Shown here: one piece after another, positions 44,449 through 57,994 of the stretch | Layout of the letters: each line of letters begins with the position of its first letter | Numbering within the stretch: position 1 is the stretch's first letter | Source: Eledone cirrhosa | Lineage: Eukaryota | Direction of reading: 5' to 3' | Assembly (NCBI GenBank): GCA_964016885.1 | Contig: OZ024741.1 | Coordinates: 87,234,001-87,298,000 of the forward strand | DNA length: 64,000 nucleotides | The notes under the pieces: generated by a model | Told to the model about the DNA's origin: nothing | Database searches by the model: none | What the model saw: the letters and a program-made list of their open reading frames with translations, nothing else | Translations under genes and position numbers: made by a program

Positions 44449-44929
44449 TTCGGTTGTTATCACAATTATGGTTTGTATTTATTTTTCTTGATTTATTCTT
44501 AAATTGAGTCTGGTAAACCATATTGTCTGTAGTTAGTATTTTTTTCACCTTAGCGATTCTGGTACATTACGATTTGAACACATATATGTAAATGTCTGTG
44601 TTTGTTTTTCTTTTATGTTCAGTTATAATATACGGCTCGGAAAAGCTTTTTTCTTAAAGCTAATTTACTGTAATAAGACTATTTTGAGTTTCTAACTCAA
44701 TACATGCCTTGATATATTCGTCTCCGTTAATTCGTCGAGCTAATTCAATTGTCGAGTAAACTCGGCTGCTATTTTTAGTGGCGAGAGTGTGCAAGACACG
44801 CTAATTTCTGTAATTCGGGAAAGTTTATTTAAATGTGTGTAAGTGTGGTAAATATATACGTATATACCAGGAACCAAACTCCCACAGTCACTGCCTCCAT
44901 CTCTCCCGATCTCCCCATCACTCACTATT

Positions 44930-45180
44930 ATAACCAAATGGAGGCCGCGGCGCTGGCCGTCCAGCAGCCCAGGCAGTCGGAATAGAGGATGGTGAGGGAG
45001 ACGCGCTGTAAAATCCATCCCGGCTTGCTAGTCTCACCCCTGCGAGTAGCCAACCGATGATGGTGAGTTGGGAGGTAGCCCTAGAGCCAAGGACACCAGA
45101 AGTCTCCATTGTTATGGGCTCAACAACAAACCTGTCGGAGAGCAACCGATATTTGGAGTGTTTACGCTCCTTGGCCCAAA
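44930..45180 (-). mobile_element. 3' fragment of a CRE-like (RLE-type) non-LTR retrotransposon
   Basis: AKERKHSKYRLLSDRFVVEPITMETSGVLGSRA..WILQRVSL, matching the RLE C-terminal K..KY / P..ET.G..G pattern. Confidence 0.65.
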
Positions 45181-45445
45181 GTATGGCAAAGCCTGGGTTA
45201 ATTAAATTTTTTACACTGTAGCTTTCACCACCGTTTACCTCTATGGCAGTAGGGTCTTTTTTTTAGGGAGATTTGTTTTCTATTTCTTCTAGGCACACCA
45301 ACAGTTATAGTGGCTTCCATGACAACATACAGACACATGCATGTGTGTGTGTTTGTGTGTGTAAGACTGTTCGCTGTGATTTGAAATGGATTTTGCTAAT
45401 ATTTCTAGTAGATGGATGTTGTCACATACAACCTTTCCTTATTGC

Positions 45446-45491
<46 letters not shown>

Positions 45492-45493
<2 letters not shown>

Positions 45494-45629
45494 GATGAGA
45501 CAGTAGATTGGAATACACTAACTTAAGTACGGTGATAAACACACACACCCACAGACTTGTCTCTAATTTAAAAACGCCGAGACACACACGCGCGCGCACA
45601 TACACACAGAGTCTCATTACGACTTTTGT

Positions 45630-45716
<87 letters not shown>

Positions 45717-46194
45717 ACGTTAAGAAAGGGGTTAGTTAAGAAGCGTTTAAAAAATAAATAAATAAAAATTAGTTATCGAACTATGCTATCATTTTTCTGT
45801 TTTCTTTCTCTCTCTTCCCTAATACTCCCTCTCTCTTTCTTTGGCTCTCTTTCTCTCTCACTCCCTCTCTCTCTCTTCTATCCTCTCTCTCTCTCATCCT
45901 CTCTTTTTCTCCTCTCTCTCATCCCCTCTCTCTCTTTCTCTACAGAATGAAAAAAACAAATAAGTTGTCTCGTTTTGGAGGACTGAGTTGTGGGAGGAGA
46001 AAGGGTGGTAGTGGGATGGAGGGTTCAATGTCTCCAGGGGTTCCATTATTGATCTTTATTGAAATCCAATTAACCAGTCCTATTCCTGAATATTAGCTTA
46101 ACATGTGTGTAAAGTTTCATCAGGATCGGATCTATGGTTTAGACGTCAACTAGTAACAAACTGACAGACAGAAATTGCCATTTATATAGTAGAT
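45492..46194. mobile_element. Helitron/HINE-like element with an internal (GA)n
   Basis: End gtaaagtttcatcaggatcgg..ggtttagacgtc..acaaactgacagacaga..tttatatagtagat resembles non-autonomous rolling-circle repeats. Confidence 0.45.
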
Positions 46195-46338
46195 ATTATA
46201 AGGAGATTATACTTATCCCGTCCTATGGACTGAGTGTTCTAACCCTTGGATATTTCTAGCAAACTATTAATACAGTATATATATATATATAGTATAAAAA
46301 AACGAAAAATCAGTGATGCATCTGGACTCAGTTTATTG

Positions 46339-46428
46339 CGTGTTACAATTGTTTCGCCGGCAGGTAGCTCGAGACATGATCACTCTATGGATCTGGCTGA
46401 TTCTACGGCTGCAGCTTCCTTCGGACAC
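46339..46428 (-). ncRNA. Decayed long-stem-II hammerhead motif
   Basis: gtgt-CCGAAGGA-agct..ggc-GAAA-caattg-TA-acac. Confidence 0.45.
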
Positions 46429-46680
46429 ATGCAATTCTTACGGAGCAAATTTTCTCACTGGGGTGTTATGATAAAAAAAATACCTTCAAAAAACATCTGC
46501 CACTCTTGTCATGCCATTGGGTGTTGTTTTTCTACGTCATGACGTAGAAAAACAACAGCCAATGGCATAACAAGGGTATGTCATGTATCATTATATTTTG
46601 TCTGATGAGGACGTACTGTTGTACAAATATGTATAATAAAATGCAATTGATCAAAAGAACATCTATTTTATTAATACTTA

Positions 46681-46752
<72 letters not shown>

Positions 46753-46765
46753 TATATATATATAC

Positions 46766-46880
<115 letters not shown>

Positions 46881-46944
46881 ATATTAATAAATTAGAAGAC
46901 TAAAACCCACCGATTCTTTGCTTAAACTTTAATCTGTTATTTTA

Positions 46945-47009
<65 letters not shown>

Positions 47010-47011
<2 letters not shown>

Positions 47012-47935
47012 TTAGTTAAGCAAAACAAGACCACAAAATTCACAAGGAAGACATTATTAAAAGATTGTCAACTTGAATGTAAGGAATGTAGAGAATAATA
47101 ATAATAATAATAATATTAATAATGTCCGTTTACAATTGTTTCGCTACTCCATATAATGTCTTTGGATCAAATGATTATAGATCATTATTGATCTGGTTCA
47201 GTTGAAGATAATTAACTTAGGTAAAATTAGAGCAGCTCATCGGAACTTCAAAAGAAATATAAGTTAAAATAAAGAATGTAATGTTCCATATATTGGTATT
47301 TCACTATGGTGTCTTGGGTATATCTATTGTCTGCCATAGTCGAGCAATATTCTTCTGTCGAGGCTGCATTATGTGAGATCTGCCTATGGGTAACAAGATG
47401 GCCGCCAATGGACATATTTACCTTACTAATTAGAGGGTGGTTTAAGGTGAAGTAACTCCTCGAGAAATTAGAAATTGTGGGTAGTTTATAGTTAAGAAGT
47501 GCTAATGTTTTTAATTGAGAAACAATGTAATTTAGAGACAATGTGAGGGAGGTAACATATAATTATCTAAGTTAGATATAACTATTTAACTTATTAGCTA
47601 TAAGTAAAAATGGGAATAGATGACTATGTTGGGTCAAATATTCTGTTGGCGAAGGAATTAGCCCTTCGATGTTGACAGCTAATAGTTACCTCCGTTCTAT
47701 CATTAATCGGTACAGGTCGTGATAGAGTTATGTAATATGCTTCGGTAAGACAGAGATCACAAGAGTTTCTTCGTCCATTGAACGGTTGGGCCCTAGCCAA
47801 GATATCCCATGTTAGTGAGTGTTCAATGCTGGTTAATTTAAGGTTTTTAATGAGCCGAGCTTGAGATGTCGAACATCTATTGCGAGGGTCTCGGAAGGAA
47901 AAAGAGTGCGCGTTATAGCGAAATTGGAATCTTTC
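47010..47935 (-). mobile_element. Hydra-type PLE 3' remnant
   Basis: RYNAHSFSFRDP..HSLTWDILARAQPF..CDLCLTEAYYI..NDRTEVTISCQHR at about 47640-47925. HHR lies downstream. Confidence 0.8.
47128..47246 (-). ncRNA. Type I hammerhead ribozyme (U4C) with a stem II domain of about 94 nt
   Basis: gtt-CCGATGA-gctgctct..ggagtagc-GAAA-caattg-TA-aac. Confidence 0.7.
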
Positions 47936-48289
47936 ACTTTTTTAAATTATCGTTGCGAAACTTATTTGGGTTTTGAAATTTAAATTTGTCTACGGAACAG
48001 GTTTGGATTTTGAAATTTAAATTTGTCCAGGTATCACGGTTATTGCCAATATGGGTTTGTTTTTATTGATTTATTATTTTAAATCGATACAGGCAAACTG
48101 TATTAATTTAATTAGTATTTTTCAATCTAGCTAACTTGGTCATTTACAATACAAACACTATATGTTTATATTGGTGTTTATCATATATTAATTTATATTA
48201 ACTTGTATTTCACGGCTCAGAAATGCTTCTTTCTTTGAGCTAATTAATTGTAAAGGACTGTTTGAGGTTATAACTCTAAATATAATATA

Positions 48290-48329
<40 letters not shown>

Positions 48330-49249
48330 TAATAATAATAATTATAATAATAATAATAATAATAATTGTTTCTACTTTTTGGCACAAGGCCAGCAATTAA
48401 CCAGTACATTACTGCTACTTTATTTTATCGACCCCGTAAGGATGAAAGGCAAAGTTAACCTCGACGGGATAATAATAATAATAAAGGGAAGAAAACGCAC
48501 ATGGTGGATATATATCGTTATGGAATCGCTGCCGTAAGTTTTTGATTTTTACTTATTTAAAACAACTGTGATAGAATAATTTTATTACAAATGACGTATA
48601 AGATTACAGTTTTAACGCTCAGCAACCCATAATACATCACTTTACGGCATAGGGCCCCAATATTCAATATTTAATTTTGGATCAGAAATGTTATAGTCAA
48701 GAAAGAGAAAAATGTCAAAAATGGCTAAGTGGTCAGACAGGCAAATAATTTCACCACCAACACCACCACCACCACCATCACCACTACCACGCCAAAAACT
48801 CTAGTCAAGTTACCTCAACTTCTATTTCTACTTCAACTTCAACACCATCACTACAGTACTACGATCACATCACCACCACCACTGCCTCATTATCGCTACC
48901 GGCGCAATTCTCTCCCACTACCACTTGCTAAGTACTACTAGCACAGCACCACCACCACCACCACCACTGCCTCATTATCGCTACCGCCGCTATTCTCTCC
49001 CACTATCTCCTACTAAGACATGCATCGTAGTACCCCCACTAAAAGAGGAAGGCATCAAAAGATATAAATAGACGGTCAAAAAATAAAAAAAACAAAAATA
49101 AAAATCAAAACAGCACAGCAACAACGAAAAACGTAAAGAAAAGAAAAATGAAAAGAAAAACAAAGAGACAGACAGAGAAGGAGAAAAAAAAACTAAGTCA
49201 CACATTCAAACATTACATTACAATGAAACTTATGCTTATTCTTTTTTTT

Positions 49250-52200
49250 TTTTTTTTACCTATTTCTTTGTTTGTTTATGTTCGTCTGCAGCGTGATAGT
49301 GCCACACTAAAATCAATGGGGGTGATGAAATCACCGGTGGTTATGTAACCATACATTCACCAATCCTCGATAAGAGTGTTTAAATGTCGAACCTAAACAG
49401 TTCGTATAACGGTGAAGTGGAGACTGGAATGTCATGTGACAGACTCTCACCCAGTAGGTGCTCCCTGGCTCAGCAGCAGGGACCTGGCTGACAACCAAAT
49501 ACTGCTGGTGTCGGAGGAAGAAGAAGAAGGAAAGGGACCAGAACCAACTGGACGAAAGAATTGAATAGAACTGTTATGCAATGTTACCTGAAGAGTAACC
49601 CCAAGGAGAAAGGCTATAGGAAACGGATGCATAATATCTGGAACAAGATTGGTCTATTTAAATTAGATGAACAAAAATTGGCAGGGCAGGCTCGGGTAAT
49701 AAGAACTAATGGGTGGATAAGCGAGCTGGAACTGGAGGAACTGAGCAGAGAGATTAGGTTGGAAATGGAGAGTGGAGTATGCCAGGCAAACGAGCCAGTG
49801 GGAAATGAAGGTGAAGAGGTTGAGAGAACGGAGGAACCATCCGAAACAGACAATGATCTGAATGCTGAAATAAATAATACCTGGAACAAAGATGCGGCCA
49901 TTGAGGAGATGAATGCTGACGGGCTAGGACAAGATTTGGTTTATATCCTAAACTTAGTGGTAGATGTATTGAACAATGATAGTGGGAAGCCTATGAATCT
50001 AAGATTTGTAGACAGGAAAAAGTTAAAAGAAACAACAGCTAAGGTAAACAAAGTCATCCCATACCTTGAGGCGAGGAACCTTCACCAATGCAACAATATC
50101 TTCAAAGCAACAGCAAATGCGGCGAGGAAATTACTTGGCATAAAAGCGAGAGGAAACAACAAACAAGAAAGATCAGAACCTTAGTGGAAGAAACGACTGA
50201 ATGGTCAAATCAGGGAAATGAGAAATGACATTGGAAAGCTTGAGTCCCTATTGAATGGGACATTAAAAAACATAGACACTAAAAATAGACTGGAAATAAA
50301 GTACAAAACTAGGAGGAAAAAGCTAAATATTATCATAGAGGAACTGAAGCAACGCATTGTAGCACAGAGTGCAAAAATCAGGCGATACGAGAACAGAGTC
50401 AGTCAGTATATACAGAACCGCATGTTCGACAACAACCAGAAGATTCTGTTTGGACAGCTTGAAGGGAAAGAAAGAGGCAACGACTTGATTCCTGAGGAGG
50501 AACAAACTAAAACATTCTGGAGAGGAATATGGGAGCAGGATGTTAAACATAATGACCAGGCAGTGTGGATTGAGACAGTACAGAGGGAAATTAGTGAACA
50601 GGCACACCAACAAACTGATTTGAGTATCACAGTTGAAACTCTTAAGGGGCAGGCCAAAAAACTAACCAACTGGAAATCACCAGGCCCAGATGGTGTGCAG
50701 GGGTATTGGATTAAAAATATAACATCCCTCCACCCGAAACTGACAACCTTGTTCAATGACTGCTTGATGTCAGGTGAGGTACCAGAGTGGTTGACAAAAG
50801 GTACCACAGTTCTGGTAATGAAAGACCGAATCAAGGGTAATGATGTTACCAACTATAGACCTATCATATGTCTGTCCGTAATGTGGAAACTGTTGACAAG
50901 CATTATGTCTGAGGAAATCTACCATCACCTCCACACAAACAACTTGTTACCGGACGAACAGAAAGGATGCCGAAAGAAGTCATGTGGTACAAAGGACCAG
51001 TTACTTATTGATAAGATGGTAATGAGGAATTGCAAGAGGAGACACACTGGTCTTGCCGTGGGTTGGATAGACTACAAAAAGGCATTTGACATGGTGCCTC
51101 ATTCTTGGATCACCAAAAGCCTGGAGATCTTCAAGGTGGCAGATAACATCAGACAGTTGTTGGGCAAAAGTATGAAGTCCTGGGAAACAGAGTTAACATC
51201 AACTGGAGAATCCTTGGGAGGCGTGAAGATCAAGAGAGGTATCTTCCAGGGAGATAGTCTGTCCCCTCTGTTGTTTGTCCTTGCCCTGATGCCCCGACCA
51301 GTGTACTGCGAAAAGTGAGAGCAGGATACAGGTTGGGAAAGGGAGGGCTTACCATCAATCACCTCCTCTTCATGGACGATCTTCAGCTCTTCGGGAAGAG
51401 TGAGAAGGAGTTGGATGTGCTTGTTGACACTGTCCGTATTTTCAGCAATGATATATGTATGCAATTTGGTATTAGTAAGTGTGGAGTCATTGTGATGAGG
51501 AGGGGTAAGTTGAGCAGAAGTAACGGAATCCAGGTACCAACAGGTGAGATGATAAAGGACATTGACTCTGAAGAAGGATACAAGTATTTGGGTCTTCTGG
51601 AGGCTGATGACATCAAGAACAAAAAAAAATGAAGGAATTGATAAGAACTGAATACATTCGGAGAGTAAGGAGCGTATTAAAATCACATCTGAACAGCAGG
51701 AATGCCGTAAGTGCAGTAAATTCCCGAGCTGTGTCTATTATTAGGTACAGTGCGGGAATTCTGAGATGGAATGTTTCCGAACAAAAAGAAATGGATAGGA
51801 AGACTAGGAAGCTATTGACTATCTACAACATGTTCCACAAGAGGAGTCATGTCGATAGACTCTACTTAAGGAGATCTGAAGGTGGAAGAGGTCTTATCAG
51901 CATAGAGGACTGTGTTCAGATGGAGAAAAACAACCTACACAAATACGTGACTGATAGTAAGGAGCCAATGCTCAGAACTGTACTGAAGGAGGGGACAATA
52001 GGCCAGGGGATGTCCAAGGAGGAAATAACATCAAGGAGAAAGAACAGCCTTCAGGAAAAATCCCTTCATAGTACCTTCTTTGAGAAAACTGAATTTAGAG
52101 ATCCACAGACATGGAACTGGTTGAAAAGAGGAGACCTTAAAAAGGCTACAGAAGGAATGTTAATGGCTGCGCAGGAGCAGGCCCTCAAAACGAAGTGGTT

Positions 52201-52875
52201 GAAACACCATATTTACAAGGAGGAGGCTAGCCCACTGTGCAGGATCTGTGGAGAGAGAGAGGTGACTGTGACTCACATTGTATCCGAGTGTAAACACCTA
52301 GCCCAGACTCACTAAAAGGGCTGGAGATATGATGTGATGGGCAGGGTGATCCACTGGCACCTATGCAAAGTAAACAATTTACCACATTCTGAGAAGTGGT
52401 ATGAGCATAAGCCAGAGTCAGTGATAGAAAACGATCAGGTGAAGGTGCTGTGGGATTTTAGGATACAGACGGACAAGAAACTGGAACACAATAGACCTGA
52501 CCTGGTGGTTGTGGACAAAGAAAAAAGATCGTGCCTGATTGAGGATGTGGCCTGCCCATTCGACACGAGAGTGCAAGAGAAGGAGAGGGAGAAAATTAAC
52601 CGATACCAGGACTTAACGTGTGAGGTAAAAAGGATTTAGAACTGCCATGAAGTCAAAGTGATCCCGATTGTCATAGGCGCACTAGGGACTATCTCAAAAA
52701 GTTTCCAGGGATGGTTAAAGAAAATTGGCCCCTTCACGCTTTTTGGAACGCTTCAAAAGGCATGCTTGCTGGGAACAGCAAGAACCCTCCGATACGTCCT
52801 GAATATCTGAGGCTGCAGGTAGTGGCTTGATATTCATTTCAACAAACTTTCCAGTTAACTAACATCAATGACTGA
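49250..52875 (+). mobile_element. R4/Dong-clade non-LTR retrotransposon (RT + zinc knuckle + restriction-like endonuclease), near full length, decayed
   Basis: NWKSPGPDG, DYKKAFDMVPH, RGIFQGDSLSP, LFMDD, CRIC..H..SEC, NRPDLVVVDK..DVACP..K..Y. Followed by (TAA)n at 52878-52935. Stops or frameshifts at about 50182, 51300, 51625, 52313 and 52637. Confidence 0.93.
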
Positions 52876-52896
52876 GACTCATAGAGTAATAACAAC

Positions 52897-52936
<40 letters not shown>

Positions 52937-53086
52937 TATATAAAATTATAAGAAACGAAATGAGCTGTGTGGTTACTGTAAACAAAGTTTAAGATGGTAG
53001 TATGGACGAAACAAGAGAAGAACTTCATGAGCTGTAAACCGAGATCATAGATGTTTCGGCGCTTAATACAGGACACACACACACAC

Positions 53087-53205
<119 letters not shown>

Positions 53206-53261
53206 TGGATGTATATGTCGGTTTGTGCGCCTTTATGTCGTGTTCCTATAATTCTGTGTAT

Positions 53262-53550
53262 GGCAGCATGGCCGAATGATTGAGAAGTTCGCTTCACAAT
53301 CATTAGGTCATAATTACTAAGCTGATTATTTCTGGTATATTCTGTGTACTGATTAAAAATGTGTGGCATCTTGGGCAAGTGTAATTTACCATAGCCAGCT
53401 CTGTCCCACACAGTGTCACACTGAATCACCCTGGTAGTTCTGTGAGGGGTAAATGTGTCTGTGGAATGCTCAGCCACTTCATGAGAAAGCTGTTCCATTT
53501 ATTGAACAACTGGAACAGCGATCGTCGAAACCGACGGAAATCCATTCCAA
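53262..53550 (+). mobile_element. tRNA-derived SINE (second family)
   Basis: A-box tggccgaatgattg, central cttgggcaagtg, 3' end shared with 3805-3960. Confidence 0.65.
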
Positions 53551-53631
53551 ATATGGATGCGTGTGTTTTTATGAATTTGTATCGCATTTTATAAGGTTTT
53601 ATAAGAGTTTATGAAAAGATAACATATAGGC

Positions 53632-53723
<92 letters not shown>

Positions 53724-54395
53724 GTGCGTGTGCGTGTGCGTGCGTGTGTGTGTATATATATATATATAATTGCTTCTATTAACCAGTTAGTAAATGCTTC
53801 AATATTTAGACCGTTACATATTATATTTATCGTATTTTTTTCGAAACATTCGTTATATGTGCACTACGTTATTATAAAATCATTCCACTTTTGTCTTACA
53901 AACTTTAAACACGAATGTCTCAGCCACTGAATCACTAAGTTAGCTTCACAGTCATAAACCAAGAAATATATTAAATGAGCTATGATTAAAAAACAACTGT
54001 TATCTAAATGCAGCTAACTATATTATTCAACATTAATATTAAGTTACATCAAGGTACATCATTTGAGCGATTTAAATCAATTATTAAAAATGCATTAAAG
54101 CAATTAAGATGATATTCAATGTTATGTCTGTGCACATTTAAAAAAATTCTCAATGTTTCTGGCATTTAAACATCATTAAGAGAAAAATAACATTGTGTAT
54201 TCACGATACTCTACTTAAGTATATCAAAATAAATGTTTAATTATGAATAGCTGTCTTACATTTTACGTTTGAATAAAAACGACATCGCCCATTTATCTCA
54301 GAATTTTAGCAGAAATTTGTTATTTATATAATTAAGCTTGCGTTTGTTTTGCTCGTCAGCAGTGGTCATTGTTTGATGATAAAAACAATAAAATA

Positions 54396-54574
54396 ATTGT
54401 TTCTACTTTTGGCACAAGGCCAGCAATTACCTAGTGTATTACTGGTACTTTATTTTATCGACCCCGTAAGGATGAAAGGCAAAGTTAACCTCGGCGGGAT
54501 TTGAACTCAGAATGGCAAGGGCCGTAACTCTATGCGTCAAAGCATGGCGTCCGACCCTCTACCGATACTGCCAA
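54396..54574 (-). mobile_element. tRNA-derived SINE
   Basis: Reverse-complement homologue of 2491-2660. Partial copy at 48365-48470. Confidence 0.8.
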
Positions 54575-54794
54575 CAATAAAATAATGCACTGCAGTCATA
54601 TATATATACCATAAACGTGGTTCTGTCTCTGCGCATATTGTTTTTCACCGCTCCTATTAATGACGTATTATATTCGTTTTTTTCCGTTCTTTGCCAGGGA
54701 ATGTTTCCACGAACCAAAGTATCGTCTTCCTGTCTTCCTTCGGTTGCAACGTTTTTTTAAATATTCAGTTCTGCGTTCACAGATTGACTTTGTT

Positions 54795-54845
54795 AGTTTC
54801 AGAAGATCCCGTTAAGGGTGAAAGCAGCGATTCTTTGCTTAAACT
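54795..54845 (+). ncRNA. Type I hammerhead motif (U4A variant)
   Basis: agttt-CAGAAGA-tccc gttaa gggt-GAAA-gcagcgattctttgc-TT-aaact. Truncated fold-back copies at 33630-33720 and 46880-46945. Confidence 0.6.
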
Positions 54846-54955
54846 TTAATCTGTTATTTTAATAAATATTTGCTCTACGGTTCTTATATATTTGATATAT
54901 ATTTATCCTTATCGAGCCCTCTTTGGATTTTAGTCTTCAATTTTATTATTATTAT

Positions 54956-54998
<43 letters not shown>

Positions 54999-55059
54999 CA
55001 AATAACGAAACGAAATTAAATTTCGTTTCGTTTGTAACTCACTTTTGTATGACTGACGC

Positions 55060-55490
55060 TTAAACAATTAAGTTAAAAAAAAAGTTAAAAATGTACATCC
55101 ATATATGTATACTGAAATACTAGTATGCATATGAATACACACACGTATACATATATAGATGTACCAAGTCTTTCACTGGTTACTTTACTGTGAGTATCCA
55201 GCTATTCTGTATGTAAACACACAGACAAACCGGTTTTTAGAGTCATACTGGTTTTTGAGGAAACACCTTTCCTCTATTCTCCAGAAAGCCAGACAAGGAA
55301 TATTGAACTAGTTTCGTTGTTGTTACAACTCGTCAGCAATATTTACCTATCTACCAGCCCTTCACAGTAAAGTAACCAGTGAAAGACTTGGTACATCTAT
55401 ATATGTATACGTGTGTGTATTCATATGCATACTAGTATTTCAGTATACATATATGGATGTACATTTTTAACTTTTTTTTTTAACTTAATT

Positions 55491-55495
<5 letters not shown>
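55060..55495. mobile_element. Fold-back element with arms of about 130 bp enclosing an HHR
   Basis: 55060-55193 is inverted relative to 55363-55495. Confidence 0.85.
55299..55343 (-). ncRNA. Minimal type I hammerhead ribozyme, intact core
   Basis: aatattg-CTGACGA-gttg taacaa caac-GAAA-ctag-TT-caatatt. Confidence 0.9.
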
Positions 55496-55534
<39 letters not shown>

Positions 55535-55557
55535 ATATGTATATATGTATATATGTA

Positions 55558-55626
<69 letters not shown>

Positions 55627-55998
55627 TAGGTAGTAAGGTGAAGTACTGGTATCAGTACCAAATCAAGCACTCTATGCACAGGTTTAACATTAGACCATGC
55701 AGACACCCATTATAGATTCTTTGGAGTAGCATTTTTTCGCGGCATTTTCTAGCATGAATGTAGTATGACCCTTACACTGACTTCTTTCTCCCTTTCTTTC
55801 TTTCTTCCCCTTTTCTTTGACGGAGTGGTGGTAGTGCATTATAAGCCTTCTCCCCCTCACCAGATATTCATTAGTAGATTCAGTTGCCACCACTTTGAGG
55901 GCGACTGGCCGAGCAGCTAGTTGGTCAGTCGTCCTCTTTGTTTCTGTCTCTGATTTTTCGGACCCATGGTTTTTTACATATTCCTTTGTTATATTCCA

Positions 55999-56056
55999 AT
56001 ACCTGATGATATCACCGGATTCATATGGAACCCGGTCATAGAAATAATCATAGTAT
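55999..56056 (+). ncRNA. Type I hammerhead ribozyme (family B)
   Basis: atac-CTGATGA-tatcaccgg..ccggtcata-GAAA-taatca-TA-gtat. Confidence 0.78.
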
Positions 56057-57105
56057 AATAAACCTTTCAAGGATTTACACCAGTCCAGCCTCTTGTTATT
56101 TTATTTTATTTATAATTAACTCCGTATTCGCACCACCAACTACACAAACGGAGATGGGTGAACTGCACTGCGTTGAGTACTCTTCACAATATTACACCAG
56201 CATTGACCATATGGAATGACCAGTTCTATCCAGTGGTCAACCAACAAACCTAAAGAATATACCAGTCTCGAGTGGTATCGTCCAGCGAAAGAAATGGAAA
56301 TTAATTTTTCCGAGTACTCTAGGAACGTAGCTAGCTTAGGCCCCGGGAACGCTAGCGGGAACTCCACAATTTCGACAGGTCATCGTCTATACCAAACAAA
56401 TACTATTAAATCACACATGAGAGGTTTATTTACGTGCCAGTAGAGGCATGATACAGCTAATAGTTATGCCTAAACCTGGAGTTTATAGGTATAAGTATAA
56501 TGTGGCGGCCAAAACAGACGGCGCGGTGGGACCGGGGCAAAGCAATCCGCTCCGAGTAATTTCGTTTACCGAAAGAGGAGAAATTTATTTTTCCAAGCAC
56601 TCAAGGAAGGCTGAACTTTCCGAATGCCCAGCGCGCAGCCGGGAAAAGCCACCACACAAGTCGAAGCTAGCAACCCAATGAAAAGTGCAAATAGACCAAA
56701 ATTATTTTAAAGTCCCAGTTAGTCCGGGTTATAAGTAGTGTGGTTCTTAGGTGGGTAGGGGGCTATGAAAGGTGCATAATGACCTGAGTAAGGAAAATTA
56801 CAAAAAATAATAAAAGCAGCATACAAAGATAAAATATCAATATAAAGATAGAATACATTGATAAAAATACATTAATAAAATAATAAAAAAATAATAAAAT
56901 AATAAATTAATAATAAAAAAAATACATTAATGAAATAATAAAAAAAATTAATAAAGGTAAATAAGAATCAATATAGATCAAGTTGTAGTAAGATAATACA
57001 AGTTGTACATATAGATATAGATATAGAGGATGGAGGAGATGGAATGGTAACAAGTTGTACCTAGTGTAAAGTTCGGGTCTCCGAATTCAGTGTCTTTAAT
57101 ATATA

Positions 57106-57280
57106 CTAGACCACCCATTGGATCACGTTCACTTCAACATATTTTTAAAAATCATGTTCACTTAAAAATAGATAATTAAAATATACACAGACATTTTATA
57201 TAATGTGAAATGAAACTGGAAGGCCCATATATATACGTGTGTGTGTGTATATATATATAAATGTGTGTGTGTGTGTATAC

Positions 57281-57317
<37 letters not shown>

Positions 57318-57516
57318 TATATATGGGTGTCTCTAATCTATATATACTGGTCATAGACACACACATATATATACATACACATATATGTATACACACACAC
57401 TCACATATAAATATATATATACACAACAACACCATCAGCTCTCTCTCTTCCATTCTCCTTCTCTATCGCCTCTCCCTCTCTCTATGTCTCTCTTTCAATC
57501 TACTCTCTCACAACCA

Positions 57517-57554
<38 letters not shown>

Positions 57555-57950
57555 CCACCCTCTCTCTCTCTGTTTATGAAGGTACCCGGAAAAACTCCAT
57601 ATCTCGGGAACCCTTCCTCCAATTTACGGGAAACTTGTTTTATTCCATTTGTATTCCCATTTCAGGGTCAACTTCCTTTCAAAGTATTTTCCCATTATGC
57701 GCCCTTTTGGCTGTATTACATTACAGATAAGCAAGCAAGCAATCAATCACAGAGTTTTAGTAATATACTAGACCACCCGTGGCCCGTTGGGTCACGTTCA
57801 CTTCAAAATATTTTTTTTAAATCATGTTCACTTAAAAATAATTTTTAAATAATAAAAAAAAAACACAGACATTTATATGATGTGAAATGAAACTGGAAGG
57901 CCTATATATATACGTGTGTATATGTATATATATATATAAATGTGTGTGTT

Positions 57951-57994
<44 letters not shown>

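Larger units (their letters stand above)
43808..44804. mobile_element. Non-coding circularly permuted HHR element (about 519-nt monomer) with fold-back
   Basis: tataactgaacaaaaaag at 43811 and 44330. Strand switch at about 44357. The inverted arm crosses the monomer junction. Confidence 0.85.

Noticed and set aside
49280-49380. HDV-like ribozyme at the 5' end of the R4/Dong element (tcctcg motif)
   Set aside because: I could not assign P1, P2 and P3 pairings by eye.
55225-55290. Second tandem HHR on the minus strand (CTGGAGA..AAAA ccgg TT)
   Set aside because: Two core mutations and no stem I pairing. It may be a relic but is not supportable.
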